A DNA stretch of 64,000 bases. Origin: Tubiluchus corallicola (taxonomy: Eukaryota > Animalia > Priapulida). How positions within the stretch are numbered: position 1 is the stretch's first letter; every line of letters starts with the position of its first letter. The notes under the pieces were generated by a model. It had not been told where the DNA came from, made no database searches, and saw only the letters and a program-made list of their open reading frames with translations. Shown one piece after another: positions 1 to 64,000 of this stretch. Where the stretch lies: the NCBI GenBank assembly GCA_030141605.1, contig JAQGDQ010000299.1, forward strand, positions 9,571 to 73,570, read 5' to 3'. The position numbers and the translations under genes are program-made.

Positions 1-116
1 GTTCGCTTGCTGGCTAGTTATGCTTACCCAAACTAACGACTGACTACGGCAAATCTATTGCTACAATACAGTGAGACTGTTCTTTATAACAAAACAGATG
101 AAAATCTAAGATTTAA

Positions 117-569
117 CCCTTTCATACCCGTTGTATCCCGTAGGATACGAGAATATTTTCTGCCTTTAAAATTTATAAAATTTTAAAACTGATAGTTGTT
201 TGATCTGTTAATAGTTATTTTGATTTAGGCCAATAACAAGAGACTAAAAGTGGTAATAAAATGGCAAACTAGAAAATCTACATAGCACAAAAAACTGCGC
301 AAGGTACAGTACTTTAGAGACACTTTGTACAGATCAGCATAGCGTGCATGCTAAATGTCTTAAATACTTTAAAAAACTATCAGCAGTTGCAAAATGAAGC
401 ACATTTTATGCTTCCATTGAATCCCAATGTATCCCGTGGGATACAGGCTATATTTAGCACACGGGCACAGGTAGATAAAAATAATTATTATGTGTGAACA
501 AGATAGACAGAACAAAAGGACCAAGCCAAATTTTTTTTTTATTAAAAAAATAATTTGGGACTGAAAGAA
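117..569. mobile_element. piggyBac-like MITE, copy 1
   Basis: TTAA|CCCTTTCA...TGAAAGAA|TTAA; internal palindromes GTATCCC.TGGGATAC; inverted homolog at 27430-27885. Confidence 0.75.
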
Positions 570-1305
570 TTAAAGCATCTTGAAGACAGTTAAAATTCGC
601 TCTTGTCCAAAAACTTTTAAATTAGTTTCTATATTCTTAAACTTAACATTAGTGATTTTTTTATCTGTTTTAAGTCATTCATTTTAATGTAATTATACAC
701 TTAATCAAGCTTTAAAATCGTATTTTCCTGTATTTTATGTTTCAGATGAGTTTTTAGAAATGACTCCACGCGAGTAAATTTTTCTAATATTGTCGATATA
801 TTTGAAAACGAACACATGTTTAAAATTTGTTACGATGTATTGAAGTTATTTACGGATTGAGTAATGTTATTTTGAGTCTAGGCCAATGTCTTTCGTCAAG
901 CAAAAAAAAAATCATTCCTGAAGTTTCTGCCAATACATGATTAGTGATTATTTACAGACTTGTTATCTATACTATTGTATTTCCTATGACAGTTTTACTT
1001 GGGCATAGAATTGATGTAGTTACCTATGCAGCACATTGTATTTATTTTATCTTTGTTGTTCTCAATGTGTCATTTTGGTAACGTCATTTTGGACTATAGT
1101 TTTTTCTGGTTACCCAATATTATAGTGTATTAGTCTCGAATTATGTAGGATTATATAATCAATAAACTGACTAACTAACTAACCATCACAAACGTTTTTA
1201 TTAATTAAATTTTATTGCTTAAACACATATTTATTGACAGAAATTTTACAAACTGATCTTTGTTTTATTTCTTATTTTATGAAATGTTTTAGAATTTGTC
1301 TGATT

Positions 1306-2005
1306 TATAGGTTTTACACGTCAAATGTAGACACATGAAAGTTAAAATGTGACTTAGGTAAGTCAAATGTAGATGCATTACTCTAAATAAATCGTAATTA
1401 ACTTATTTAAGTGCAAATTACAAAAAGATAAACCAAAGATAGTCATCACCTCTTTCAGAACTTTGAAAAATGCATTGTTTATCGTCAAACTAAATTCTTT
1501 GATAAACCATAACGTCGGTAGAAAAGAATAAATTGGTTCCCACTTCCCAATGAACAGTGAATCACTAACTACTTTTTTCAGTAATGCATTAGCACTGCAT
1601 TAATGAATTAGTTTCTCTCAAGAAACATTGTTTATTATTTTAAGAATGTATTGTTTTCTCTAACTGTTCCAATGGTTGGTATGTAAAGTTTGCAGAATAT
1701 TAGTAAACTATTAGCAGTCCTATAAAGTCATTATTTTCACATTCTTAAGAGCAATTATTAAGTTAAGATTAAAGAAGATTTAAAAATTTTACTTGCTTAA
1801 ACTTTAACACCTATCCACATTTGAGATACCAATGTCACATTTGAATTAACATGTGTCTACATTTGACTTACCAAAAACGCTTAAGATTTCTTGAAAACCA
1901 TTGTTAACACACCTAAGTCTACATTTGAGTTACCAAGACACATGTGGACTACCTAAATCTACATTTGAGTTAACGCAGGTCTACATTTGACATGTAAAAC
2001 CTATA
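1306..2005. mobile_element. MITE with about 27-bp TIRs and subterminal repeats
   Basis: TATAGGTTTTACACGTCAAATGTAGAC...GTCTACATTTGACATGTAAAACCTATA; repeated TC(T/C)ACATTTGA motifs near the right end. Confidence 0.75.
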
Positions 2006-2286
2006 ATAGATGTGCCTAATTTTGTTTTAATTCTGTTTTTATTAGGATTAATTTTGCAAATAACTTTAATCTGTCTAATTTAATACTTTTATCTAACTGT
2101 TGCTTTCAGCCGGTATCTAATTTTACAAAGTATTTTGTGATTTATCTGTTTTAGTACTTTAGTAGGTCTTTAGTTTTGATTAATTTTAAGGTATTCTGTT
2201 CTATTTTATATTTTAATTAATACTAACATGTCATGGACCATTAGGGAAATATTGTGTATACAATGTAATGTGCTCCATGCAAAAAA

Positions 2287-2515
2287 TTCTATTCTATTCT
2301 ATTCTATTCTATTCCAAACCATTCCGTTCTATTCTATTCTATTCTATTCTATTCTATTCTATTCTATTCTATTCTATTCTATTCTATTCTATTCTATTCT
2401 ATTCTATTCTATTCTATTCTATTCCATTCCATTCCATTCCATTGTATTCTATTCTATTCTATTCTATTCTATTCTATTCTATTCTATTCTATTCTATTCT
2501 ATTCTATTCTATTCT
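2287..2515. repeat. (ATTCT)n microsatellite
   Basis: Direct observation. Confidence 0.98.
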
Positions 2516-2744
2516 TGTTTGTTAGTCCGATTAACCGTCTGTTTATTCGTTCATTCGCTTGCTTGCTTTCCATCTATCCGTTGTCAATATGTTTATTAGT
2601 TTGCGCGTGACGCAAATTAATACGACCCGCCGACTGACTAACTGACTCATTTGTCAATTAACCAGCAGAGTGTCCTGTCACCTGAACTAACCAAAACGAT
2701 CCCGGAATGAAAAAACGAACGAATTAGTGAATGGACAAAAGAAG

Positions 2745-3032
2745 AATAGAATTCTGTTGTTAACATTCAAAGCTCTGAATGGGTTTGTGCCCTCCTATAT
2801 ATCTGATTTTTTGAAGCTATACGTGCCCAATCGTGAACTTAGATCAATTAACTCATCGACACTTGTTGTACCGGGTTATAATCTAGTCAGATATGGTTCT
2901 CTTAGTTTTAGCATAGCGGCACCAAAATTGTGGAACGATTTGCCAATTGATGCAGGTAAAATTAATGATGTTCAAAAACTCAAATCATTCCTTAAAACTT
3001 GTTTTTATAATGAAGCCTTTTTAATTAATTAG
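2745..3032 (+). mobile_element. L2/CR1-clade LINE 3' fragment
   Basis: ILLLTFKALNG..PSYI...RELRS...SFSIAAPKLWNDLP...LKSFLKT is typical of the ORF2 C-terminus of L2/CR1 elements. Confidence 0.8.
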
Positions 3033-3219
3033 AAATTTAATACGGACTTATGGATTTAATTACGGCTGATTTCTAGTGATTTTATATACATGTGTTATGA
3101 TTTTAGTTTTATTTTTAACACTAAACCTATTGTGTATGTACTGTGTATGTGTTAATATTTTATGTATGGAAAATGCATTTGTCCATTTTTAATGTTAATG
3201 CATTTTAAATATTCAATAA

Positions 3220-3430
<211 letters not shown>

Positions 3431-4223
3431 AAAACAAAAAAAAACAAACAACAAAACGTAAAAGTGCAAGTTGTTTATTATTTGACTCAATTACCTGTGC
3501 ACAAAATTTTAAATTAGGTTATAAATACATAAAAATTAATTACAGTTCGTTGATAATGTTTAAAAGCTCGGGATTTAAAAAAGATTGAAATTTTTAGTAA
3601 TCAGCCAGTTTCTTTACTACATTTGTATATTATCCTTAGTGAGGGGGGTGGGGGTGGGAACCAGCCTCTGCGCCGAATCCGTAGCGTGCATGGCTTCAAT
3701 GTGTTTAAGGGCTCCAATGCATGTATGTAGCAAAGTACAACCAAGTTTCCAAACTGGGATTCATCGCGGGAACCCACTATCTCATCCCATTCTTGTCGAG
3801 CAGGATGGAGAAACTTTGAAGATTTTTCATTATTTGCATCGTAATAGCTACAACAGTTGCTTTTCGTCTTTGGTTTCTGTTTATATTGATGCTGATTCAT
3901 TTATCTGCACGGATGATGTCTCGTCTCGACGGTATAATTAACATTTAACCTGATTCGAACGTGCGCTGTTGGGATGAAAGTGCAAGTTGTATAATTTCAA
4001 GTCTACGCGTGAAATGATGGGTTAGTGAAATTAACACAGGAAAACAACGCAAAACATTAGACAACTAAGTATTCTCCACAATGATTATATCATCATATGC
4101 ATTATAGGCCTAACTTGCAAGTTTGTGATCTAATAGTGTTTCTCATTGGTTGTGGGTGTTCCGAACGTTAACGTAACCCGCTAAATCACTGTCAGTGTTT
4201 CTTCTGTGTTTTTTTACAAAGTG

Positions 4224-57893
<53,670 letters not shown>

Positions 57894-58014
57894 CAATGAT
57901 TGACCGACTGTGATTTTTTTCATTTAATGCAGTATTAATCTTTTGCATATAAAGTTTTTTGATTACAGATCCATGCTAGATTTTTACCAGTAGGTTTATA
58001 CGTTAGATATTTAA

Positions 58015-58560
58015 AGGAAAACCAGGCGATTATTTACACTCAATCTCTTTTTTATTTGCTGTGCAAAATATACATTTTCTTGCTTATAAATGTTAGCAAT
58101 TATTTTTAGTATTTGAATAATTACCTTGGAAAGTTAAAAAATGGCAAGCGAGCACAGCTATTGCTTACGTGGCAAACTAACCATGGTTTGTGCAATGGTA
58201 GGCATCTTCCCTGAGCGTCAGGCACGCTTGCATAAGCGAAAATTGTTATAAGACGCCAAGGGGATATAACGAAAATGAGCTGTACATCACACTGATGTCA
58301 CAGAACACTGCAGTTCATGATCATGCTTATCAGGGTGCCCTGCGGTATTTACCAGCCACGAGAATGTGACAAATGGCGCCATTGCCAGTCTTAGTGGATA
58401 CGCTGAGCCGCACGTAGTTTTGAAAGTTAAACAAAATTCAACTGTCCGGGGTAATTATTATTTATTCTAAGCTTTAATTTAAAAAAAGCTGTTGTAGTTT
58501 TCAATATTTTAGAGCATACTTTATTTTGAACTAATGTCTACACAATCGTACGGTTTTCCT
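58015..58560. mobile_element. TTAA-flanked MITE just 3' of the GluN2-like stop codon
   Basis: TTAA|AGGAAAACCAGGCGATT...AATCGTACGGTTTTCCT|TTAA. Confidence 0.7.
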
Positions 58561-59074
58561 TTAATAGCATTTAAACTGTAGCAAAAAGTTAGGAAGTGGA
58601 TATTGTTCGGATCATCGGAACCACGAACTTTGTTGTGCACAAGTTCAGATCATCAGAATATTGATATGTTTCCGACAATCGGGATTAGGATTAAACTAAT
58701 ACACACTGTACTTGAATTCCACCTGAACGGTAAACGAAGATGACCTGAACATGACTTTTATCTGGAAAAACAGCCATCAGATAATGCCCATGCCCAACGT
58801 TCCTATCACGGGCAATCAACGTATGTACGCACAAATCATGAGAATATTTTTTGACAAGAAAACCATTGGGTATAGATTTTTTAAAACATTTGAAGTTTGT
58901 GTAGTTTTATACCAGCTTTGCTTATACCTAACAACAGCAAAGTGCTTTTTAAACCTACCCACCCCTCTCTGGAAAATAGAAATGCCGGACTGCTGTTACA
59001 GACAGTGCAATGTCGCTGGAAAAAAATCATCTGTGAATAAACATTGAGAAATGGGTGAGAAAATCCGTGATTAT

Positions 59075-59640
59075 CAGAACAATATCCTCCGGAAACGTGT
59101 GATTCCGATCATTGGAACAATATCTTCCGGAAACGTGTGATTCCGATCATTGGAACAATATCGTCCGGAAACGTGTGATTCCAATCATTGGAACAATATC
59201 TTCCGGAAACGTGATTCCGATCATTGGAACAATATCTTCCGGAAACATGTGATTCCAATCATTGGAACAATATCCTCCGGAAACGTGTGATTCCGATCAT
59301 TGGAACAATATCCTCCGGAAACGTGTGATCCGATCATCGGAACAATATCTTCCGGAAACGTGGTTCCAATCGTCAGAACAATATCCTCTGGAAACGTGGT
59401 TCCAATCGTCGGAACAATGTCCTCCGGAAACGTGTGATTTCGATCATCGGAACAATATCCTCCGGAAACGTGGTTCCAATCGTCAGAACAATATCCTCCG
59501 GAAACGTGGTTCCAATCGTCAGAACAATATCCTCTGGAAACGTGGTTCCAATCGTCGGAACAATATCCTCCGGAAACGTGGTTCCAATCGTCGGAACAAT
59601 ATCCTCCGGAAATGCGGTCCCGATAATCGGAACAATATCC
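59075..59640. repeat. 36-38-bp minisatellite, about 15 copies
   Basis: GGAACAATATC(C/T)TCCGGAAACGTG(TGA/G)TTCC(G/A)ATC repeated, with the variant shifting along the array. Confidence 0.95.
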
Positions 59641-60231
59641 ACTTCCAAAAAGTTATGTACCAGTAGGAAAAAGAGCGAGTGGCCAATTTTTAAAAACAAT
59701 GTAGAGCTAGGGACCAAGTCATCCCTATTCAATTTCAGAAATTATGTCAAATTTACAGTAATTTACAGTAAAAATGAACCATCAGCAAGTTTCAACTAAT
59801 ATGATAGCAACTGTTGTCTAAAAGTGGCTTACACAAGTATTGTTATCATTATTTTTTACTTTTATTAGAAAATTGTCAACTTATCGTTAATATACAATAT
59901 AATATATACAATTTTGTAATATAAATCTAACTTATGGAGTTTTTTGCAGTGGTTCTGCACAAAAGACAATGTGTTGGTTAAAAATAACGATGAATCTATC
60001 TTTGTAAAAAGTACAACATGTACTATATATACTGTACATCACACTGACGTCACAGACATATATGTCATTCCCCGAGAAACAACAAAAAATGAAGAAGACA
60101 ATAGACTCATTTTTTGTTTTTCCAGTTAAATGAAAATCAAGCTGAAATTAAGACAACTGTGTTTTATGAATCAAAATTTAAATGTGACACACAAATGCTA
60201 ATCAACAATAGCTGAATATGATACCTAAATA

Positions 60232-60727
60232 CAGTGGCCGCCGCTTATTGTGGACACCTCGGGCCAGCAGTGTATGTCCATATTAAGCGGCTGTCCATAT
60301 TAAGCGAAGTGACCCATGAAGACCCTTCCCCTTCATTAAAAAAGGCAAAACACTGTCTGTATCAACTCGTCTCCTGTTTTATTGAAAAAAAGAAGTCAGA
60401 CGAGTTTGTTTGGCAGGAAACTTTTCTCTCAACCTTGAACGGAAGGAAGTTATCACAGTTTCGAAGCTCTCAAGGCCACGGCAAACGGCGAACTGACTGA
60501 TGCAATGACTCACACAGGCAGCAGAGCGGGAAGCTCTTTTCAATCACGCGCGCAGGCCGTGGTTGGCACGGCTGGCTCACGTGCCAAGAATGTTCGCTGT
60601 CCATATTAAGCGGCGGTTGTCCATATTAACCGGCGGATTTTATTAGGGGAAAATTCCGTCCCTCGCGAGTTGTCCACAATAACCGGCTGTCCACAATAAG
60701 CGTGTCCATAATAAGCGGCGGCCACTG
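60232..60727. mobile_element. Tc1/mariner/pogo-type MITE
   Basis: TA|CAGTGGCCGCCGCTTATTGTGGACAC...GTGTCCATAATAAGCGGCGGCCACTG|TA; subterminal GTCCA(T/C)A.TAA(G/C)CG repeats. Confidence 0.85.
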
Positions 60728-61779
60728 TATCTGACATTGCATACTTTGCTACACAAAACTACAGATGTCAGAAAGCTGGAAAGCACATACAAATAGAAAG
60801 TATGTCTGCATATAAAATTAACATAGTCCTTTCCATTATCTATAAATTTTTAAATTCAACATTGTACAATGATGAATAAATAGATATAAAATACAATAAC
60901 AATATCCAAAGTAAAAAAAACATCAAAACTTTTGAGATTTAAAGAGCACTCTGACTTTATGATTATGACCATGGCAAGTCTTGGAAGAGCACTACCTTAT
61001 TTTCAAACATGAAATCAAACTGATAACAGTTGAGAATTGGCAAGTACAGTAAGTACAGTACACTGTGCACCTTCATTAATACTGTTAAACTGGTGTGCTG
61101 TTTTAGCTTTAAATACATACTTGTTTCCATATGTAATCAAGGATTATATTTATATTTCTCTCTATTAACTTCCACTATGTGAGCCGAAACTGCTGCATGT
61201 AGTAATTTTTGTTGGTTAAAAATGTGGTACTTGATTATGCAGTCCTTCATCAACCATATAACATCCACTAAAACACACAGGATGTGGTGCAACTTAATTT
61301 GATATGTCATTTGATATCTGTTCCTGTAATCCATAATTTGGAATACTAGAGGCATACTAATCGGAATTCCATAGCTTTTGAATTCTAGAGGAATTCTAGA
61401 CATATTCTACTAATTTTGAATAAGCGAAGCGGAATAATATTACTCTTCACTACCTGCATGATGTCACTGGCAACCACAATTAATAGACCATGACTCCTCT
61501 TGTATACATTTTCCACTGATGCAGAGAATTCTAATTAGTACTGATTGTCTGCAAGATGCCACATTTGCTTACTAAATTTTGTAACTTCTGACTTGAGGCC
61601 CACTCAGTGAAATTTTTTACCAATTTTGCAAGGTTTTAACATTCTGCCACTGTGACAAATTTATTTTGGTTTTCCAAATGCAAAATTAAAAAGAAATAGG
61701 GCATAATGAAGTGAAGACACAAGCCCGCTGCAGTATGAAAATAAATATCTACAATTTTTATTACAACAATTCTTCATAT

Positions 61780-62180
61780 CTAGGTTTGTCGGACAAAAGC
61801 AGGGAGACATCGGTTCGAATTTGCCGATTGTCCGTAATTACCGATACTAAGCTAACTCAGTACGCGCCGTGTAGTAGACTCGCGGTAATGGAGAATCAAT
61901 CGTCTAATTGTCTCAAAAACGTCTAGTACGGGCCGCTCCCATGCAAAAGTATATAAAAACTGTCGGCAATTCTCTCAAATAACTCCACATAATTGGCTCT
62001 ACATTTTTATACACAGAGATACACACGATACGCTGAAGTAATGATGTAAACAAACTGATGGCCCGCCAACTAGTGGTCAGCCTCCAAACAACAGACTGTG
62101 TCCGTAGTATGCAGGACTTTTTGTTCCATTCTTCCTATATCCGTAAAAGCGAGGTCCGGCAAACCGAGATATGAGTGTAT
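61780..62180. mobile_element. Dispersed repeat 3' of BRAT1; homologous copy at about 39110-39690 carries a 70-bp satellite insert
   Basis: Shared blocks CGGTAATG.AGAATCAATC..CTAATTGTCTCA, GGCCCGCCAACTAGTGGTCAGC and TAAAAGCGAGGT.CGGCAAAC.GAGA.ATGAGTGTA. Confidence 0.6.
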
Positions 62181-62266
62181 TTTCAATGCTGATTAGAATG
62201 TTTGGATAATACTGATACATACTGTTTGATCTACCTGTAGCAAGTGAGGTGACATTTGCACATTTA

Positions 62267-63538
62267 TCAGTAGCAATCAACAACAGTAACACTATCAATG
62301 TCTTTGTCGGCAGATTCTTCTTTCAGATGGCCAATGATCTCATCTAGCAGGTGTTCGATGTTAAGTTCGACATTTTCCGGACAAACTAAAACATTTAACT
62401 TGGTCCTAAAGTCAGTCTGAAAGAACTTCTGCAACACCCGATGTTCCGTTTCCCCGATGTTTAATTCACCAGCACCAGTTTCGCAGCTGTACTCTCCTGA
62501 TAATGGTTCAAATACAACACGTAATGCTGCTAAAAGTTCTAACGCTTTTATCCTAACAGATGTATCACAATCCATAGCACCTTCTGATACACATGATAGA
62601 CACCCTGTAAGATCAGCAAGGGCTGAACGAAGTTCCTTTATGTCTTTCAGTGGTCTTTCCGGTTCTATTGTAGACGGTATTTCAGCTGATGATGCATCAG
62701 GAAAGTGAATTTTATATTTGTCAAAAATACTGCTTATTTGTTCCCGACAAAAACAAAGACACTTCAATTTTACTTCCCAGTCCGAGTCATTCATTGCAGA
62801 ATGCACAAGATTTTCTATCATCTCTTTAATTTCATGTGCTGGTATTTCGCTGCCTAATTTCACCGAAGAATTTGTGATGTGCTGCTCAGGAACGTCATCA
62901 GAACTTTCCCCACTTTTAAGTTTTTCAAGTTCGCCAGAACTTTTGTCAAAGTTTCTCTGTTTGGTAAACATCCAGCGTGCTCGCTTTGTGTCGTGTCGCG
63001 ACAGGGGCGCCATTGGTCTCTTCTTTACGCTTTCAGATGGCGCTGGTAGATCACCGGAGCCTAGCGAAGCAACTTCGTAAAATCCACCGGAACCATTTTT
63101 GTAAAACCCGCCAGAACCGTTCTTATAAAACACTCCCGTTTGTTCGCTGTCTGCACTCGTTTTAAAACTGCTTTGATAAAATATTCCTACAGTGGAATCT
63201 ACAGATCCACTTTCGCCTACACGATGTTTTTTCGGCCGATGTCCAAATTCGGTTTTGACGTAGTCGGAACTTTCACGGTCATCAAGTTTGCGTTTCATAG
63301 ACTGGCTCCTCTGCACTTTGACAAGAGTATCACTATCATATTGCGATGTTGTTTCCTTTGCTACAGCTTTACTGAACCATTCCGAATTTTCTGCTTGTGT
63401 AACTACTTGACTGGATGCCCTGGACATGCACTGGACATGAAACTTATAAATATCTAGCAAAGCACCAGCAGACGCTCGGCGAGCAAAAGCTTCTGTATCA
63501 CTGGACATAATGCTGCCTAATGTTTTTACCCACTGTAC
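62267..63538 (-). CDS. BRAT1: BRAT1 (BRCA1-associated ATM activator 1 / Integrator INTS9-INTS11 assembly factor), terminal exon; upstream exons not identified in the window
   Basis: Acceptor ttttaatag|GTA, phase 0. Motifs SDTEAFARRA (cf. DSEGFPRRA), DSDWEVK (cf. DLDWEVR), DCDTSV..KA.ELL (cf. DCDRPV..KS.DLL) and the diagnostic C-terminal DCY-stop. Confidence 0.88.
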   Translation of the reverse strand, partial: VQWVKTLGSIMSSDTEAFARRASAGALLDIYKFHVQCMSRASSQVVTQAENSEWFSKAVAKETTSQYDSDTLVKVQRSQSMKRKLDDRESSDYVKTEFGHRPKKHRVGESGSVDSTVGIFYQSSFKTSADSEQTGVFYKNGSGGFYKNGSGGFYEVASLGSGDLPAPSESVKKRPMAPLSRHDTKRARWMFTKQRNFDKSSGELEKLKSGESSDDVPEQHITNSSVKLGSEIPAHEIKEMIENLVHSAMNDSDWEVKLKCLCFCREQISSIFDKYKIHFPDASSAEIPSTIEPERPLKDIKELRSALADLTGCLSCVSEGAMDCDTSVRIKALELLAALRVVFEPLSGEYSCETGAGELNIGETEHRVLQKFFQTDFRTKLNVLVCPENVELNIEHLLDEIIGHLKEESADKDIDSVTVVDCY

Positions 63539-64000
63539 CTATTAAAAAATTAAAAAGAAGTGCAATCAAAAAACAAATACTGGTAATTTTTATACATATA
63601 TTATAAGTTAATGAATACTGGAGAATAGCTTTTACAATTAGTGTTAAATAAATAAATAAATAAAGTAAATAAATAAATAAATATAAATAAAGTGATCAAA
63701 GGTTTTCAACAAAATTCCGCTAAAATCTATCTACTGGCGGCACTGTCCATGACGGATACATAAATTTTATACAATGCAGAATTGGTAGTTTAGCGCACCA
63801 ACAATAGAGTCAAGGCCATTTGGAAAATACTTGATTCCTAAGCTTTTAATTTTAAGAATTTGATATTCAGGAAGTCATCGCTTAACAATGCTAATGCGTT
63901 CCTAGCAAAACACGTCGTTAAAGGACAAGAAAAGGGGTATCTGAAGTAGGTTTCAGAAAAATCGCCTTAAAAAATTATATTATTTTATAGCAATCTAATG

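Noticed and set aside
63730-63920. Possible upstream BRAT1 exon
   Set aside because: The - strand frames I read contain stops and no BRAT1 motif, and the window end matches a dispersed TTAA-flanked repeat.

Overview
AT-rich, repeat-dense invertebrate animal genomic DNA (spliceosomal GT-AG introns; not prokaryotic). Most of the window is one + strand gene for an NMDA-type glutamate receptor subunit (GluN2-like). I reconstructed it by hand as 16 phase-consistent coding exon positions from 4224 to 57893 (about 1025-1027 aa, ending in the PDZ ligand ESFV). Its standout feature is two tandem, intact, highly diverged, phase-1/phase-1 exons (52038-52199 and 53340-53495). Each encodes the end of S2, the S2-M4 linker and most of M4, so they look like a mutually exclusive 'flip/flop-like' switch in an NMDA receptor. 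The terminal exon's splice acceptor has been amplified into a 43-bp tandem array in which each next acceptor TAG is an in-frame stop. The 19-kb first intron holds two antisense, tandemly duplicated, two-exon genes for secreted EGF-repeat-only proteins. The last exon of BRAT1 (ending DCY) converges on the - strand. The rest is MITEs (piggyBac-, Kolobok-, Harbinger-, Tc1/mariner-like), solo LTRs, LINE fragments, minisatellites and microsatellites. All gene models are manual and lack transcript support.
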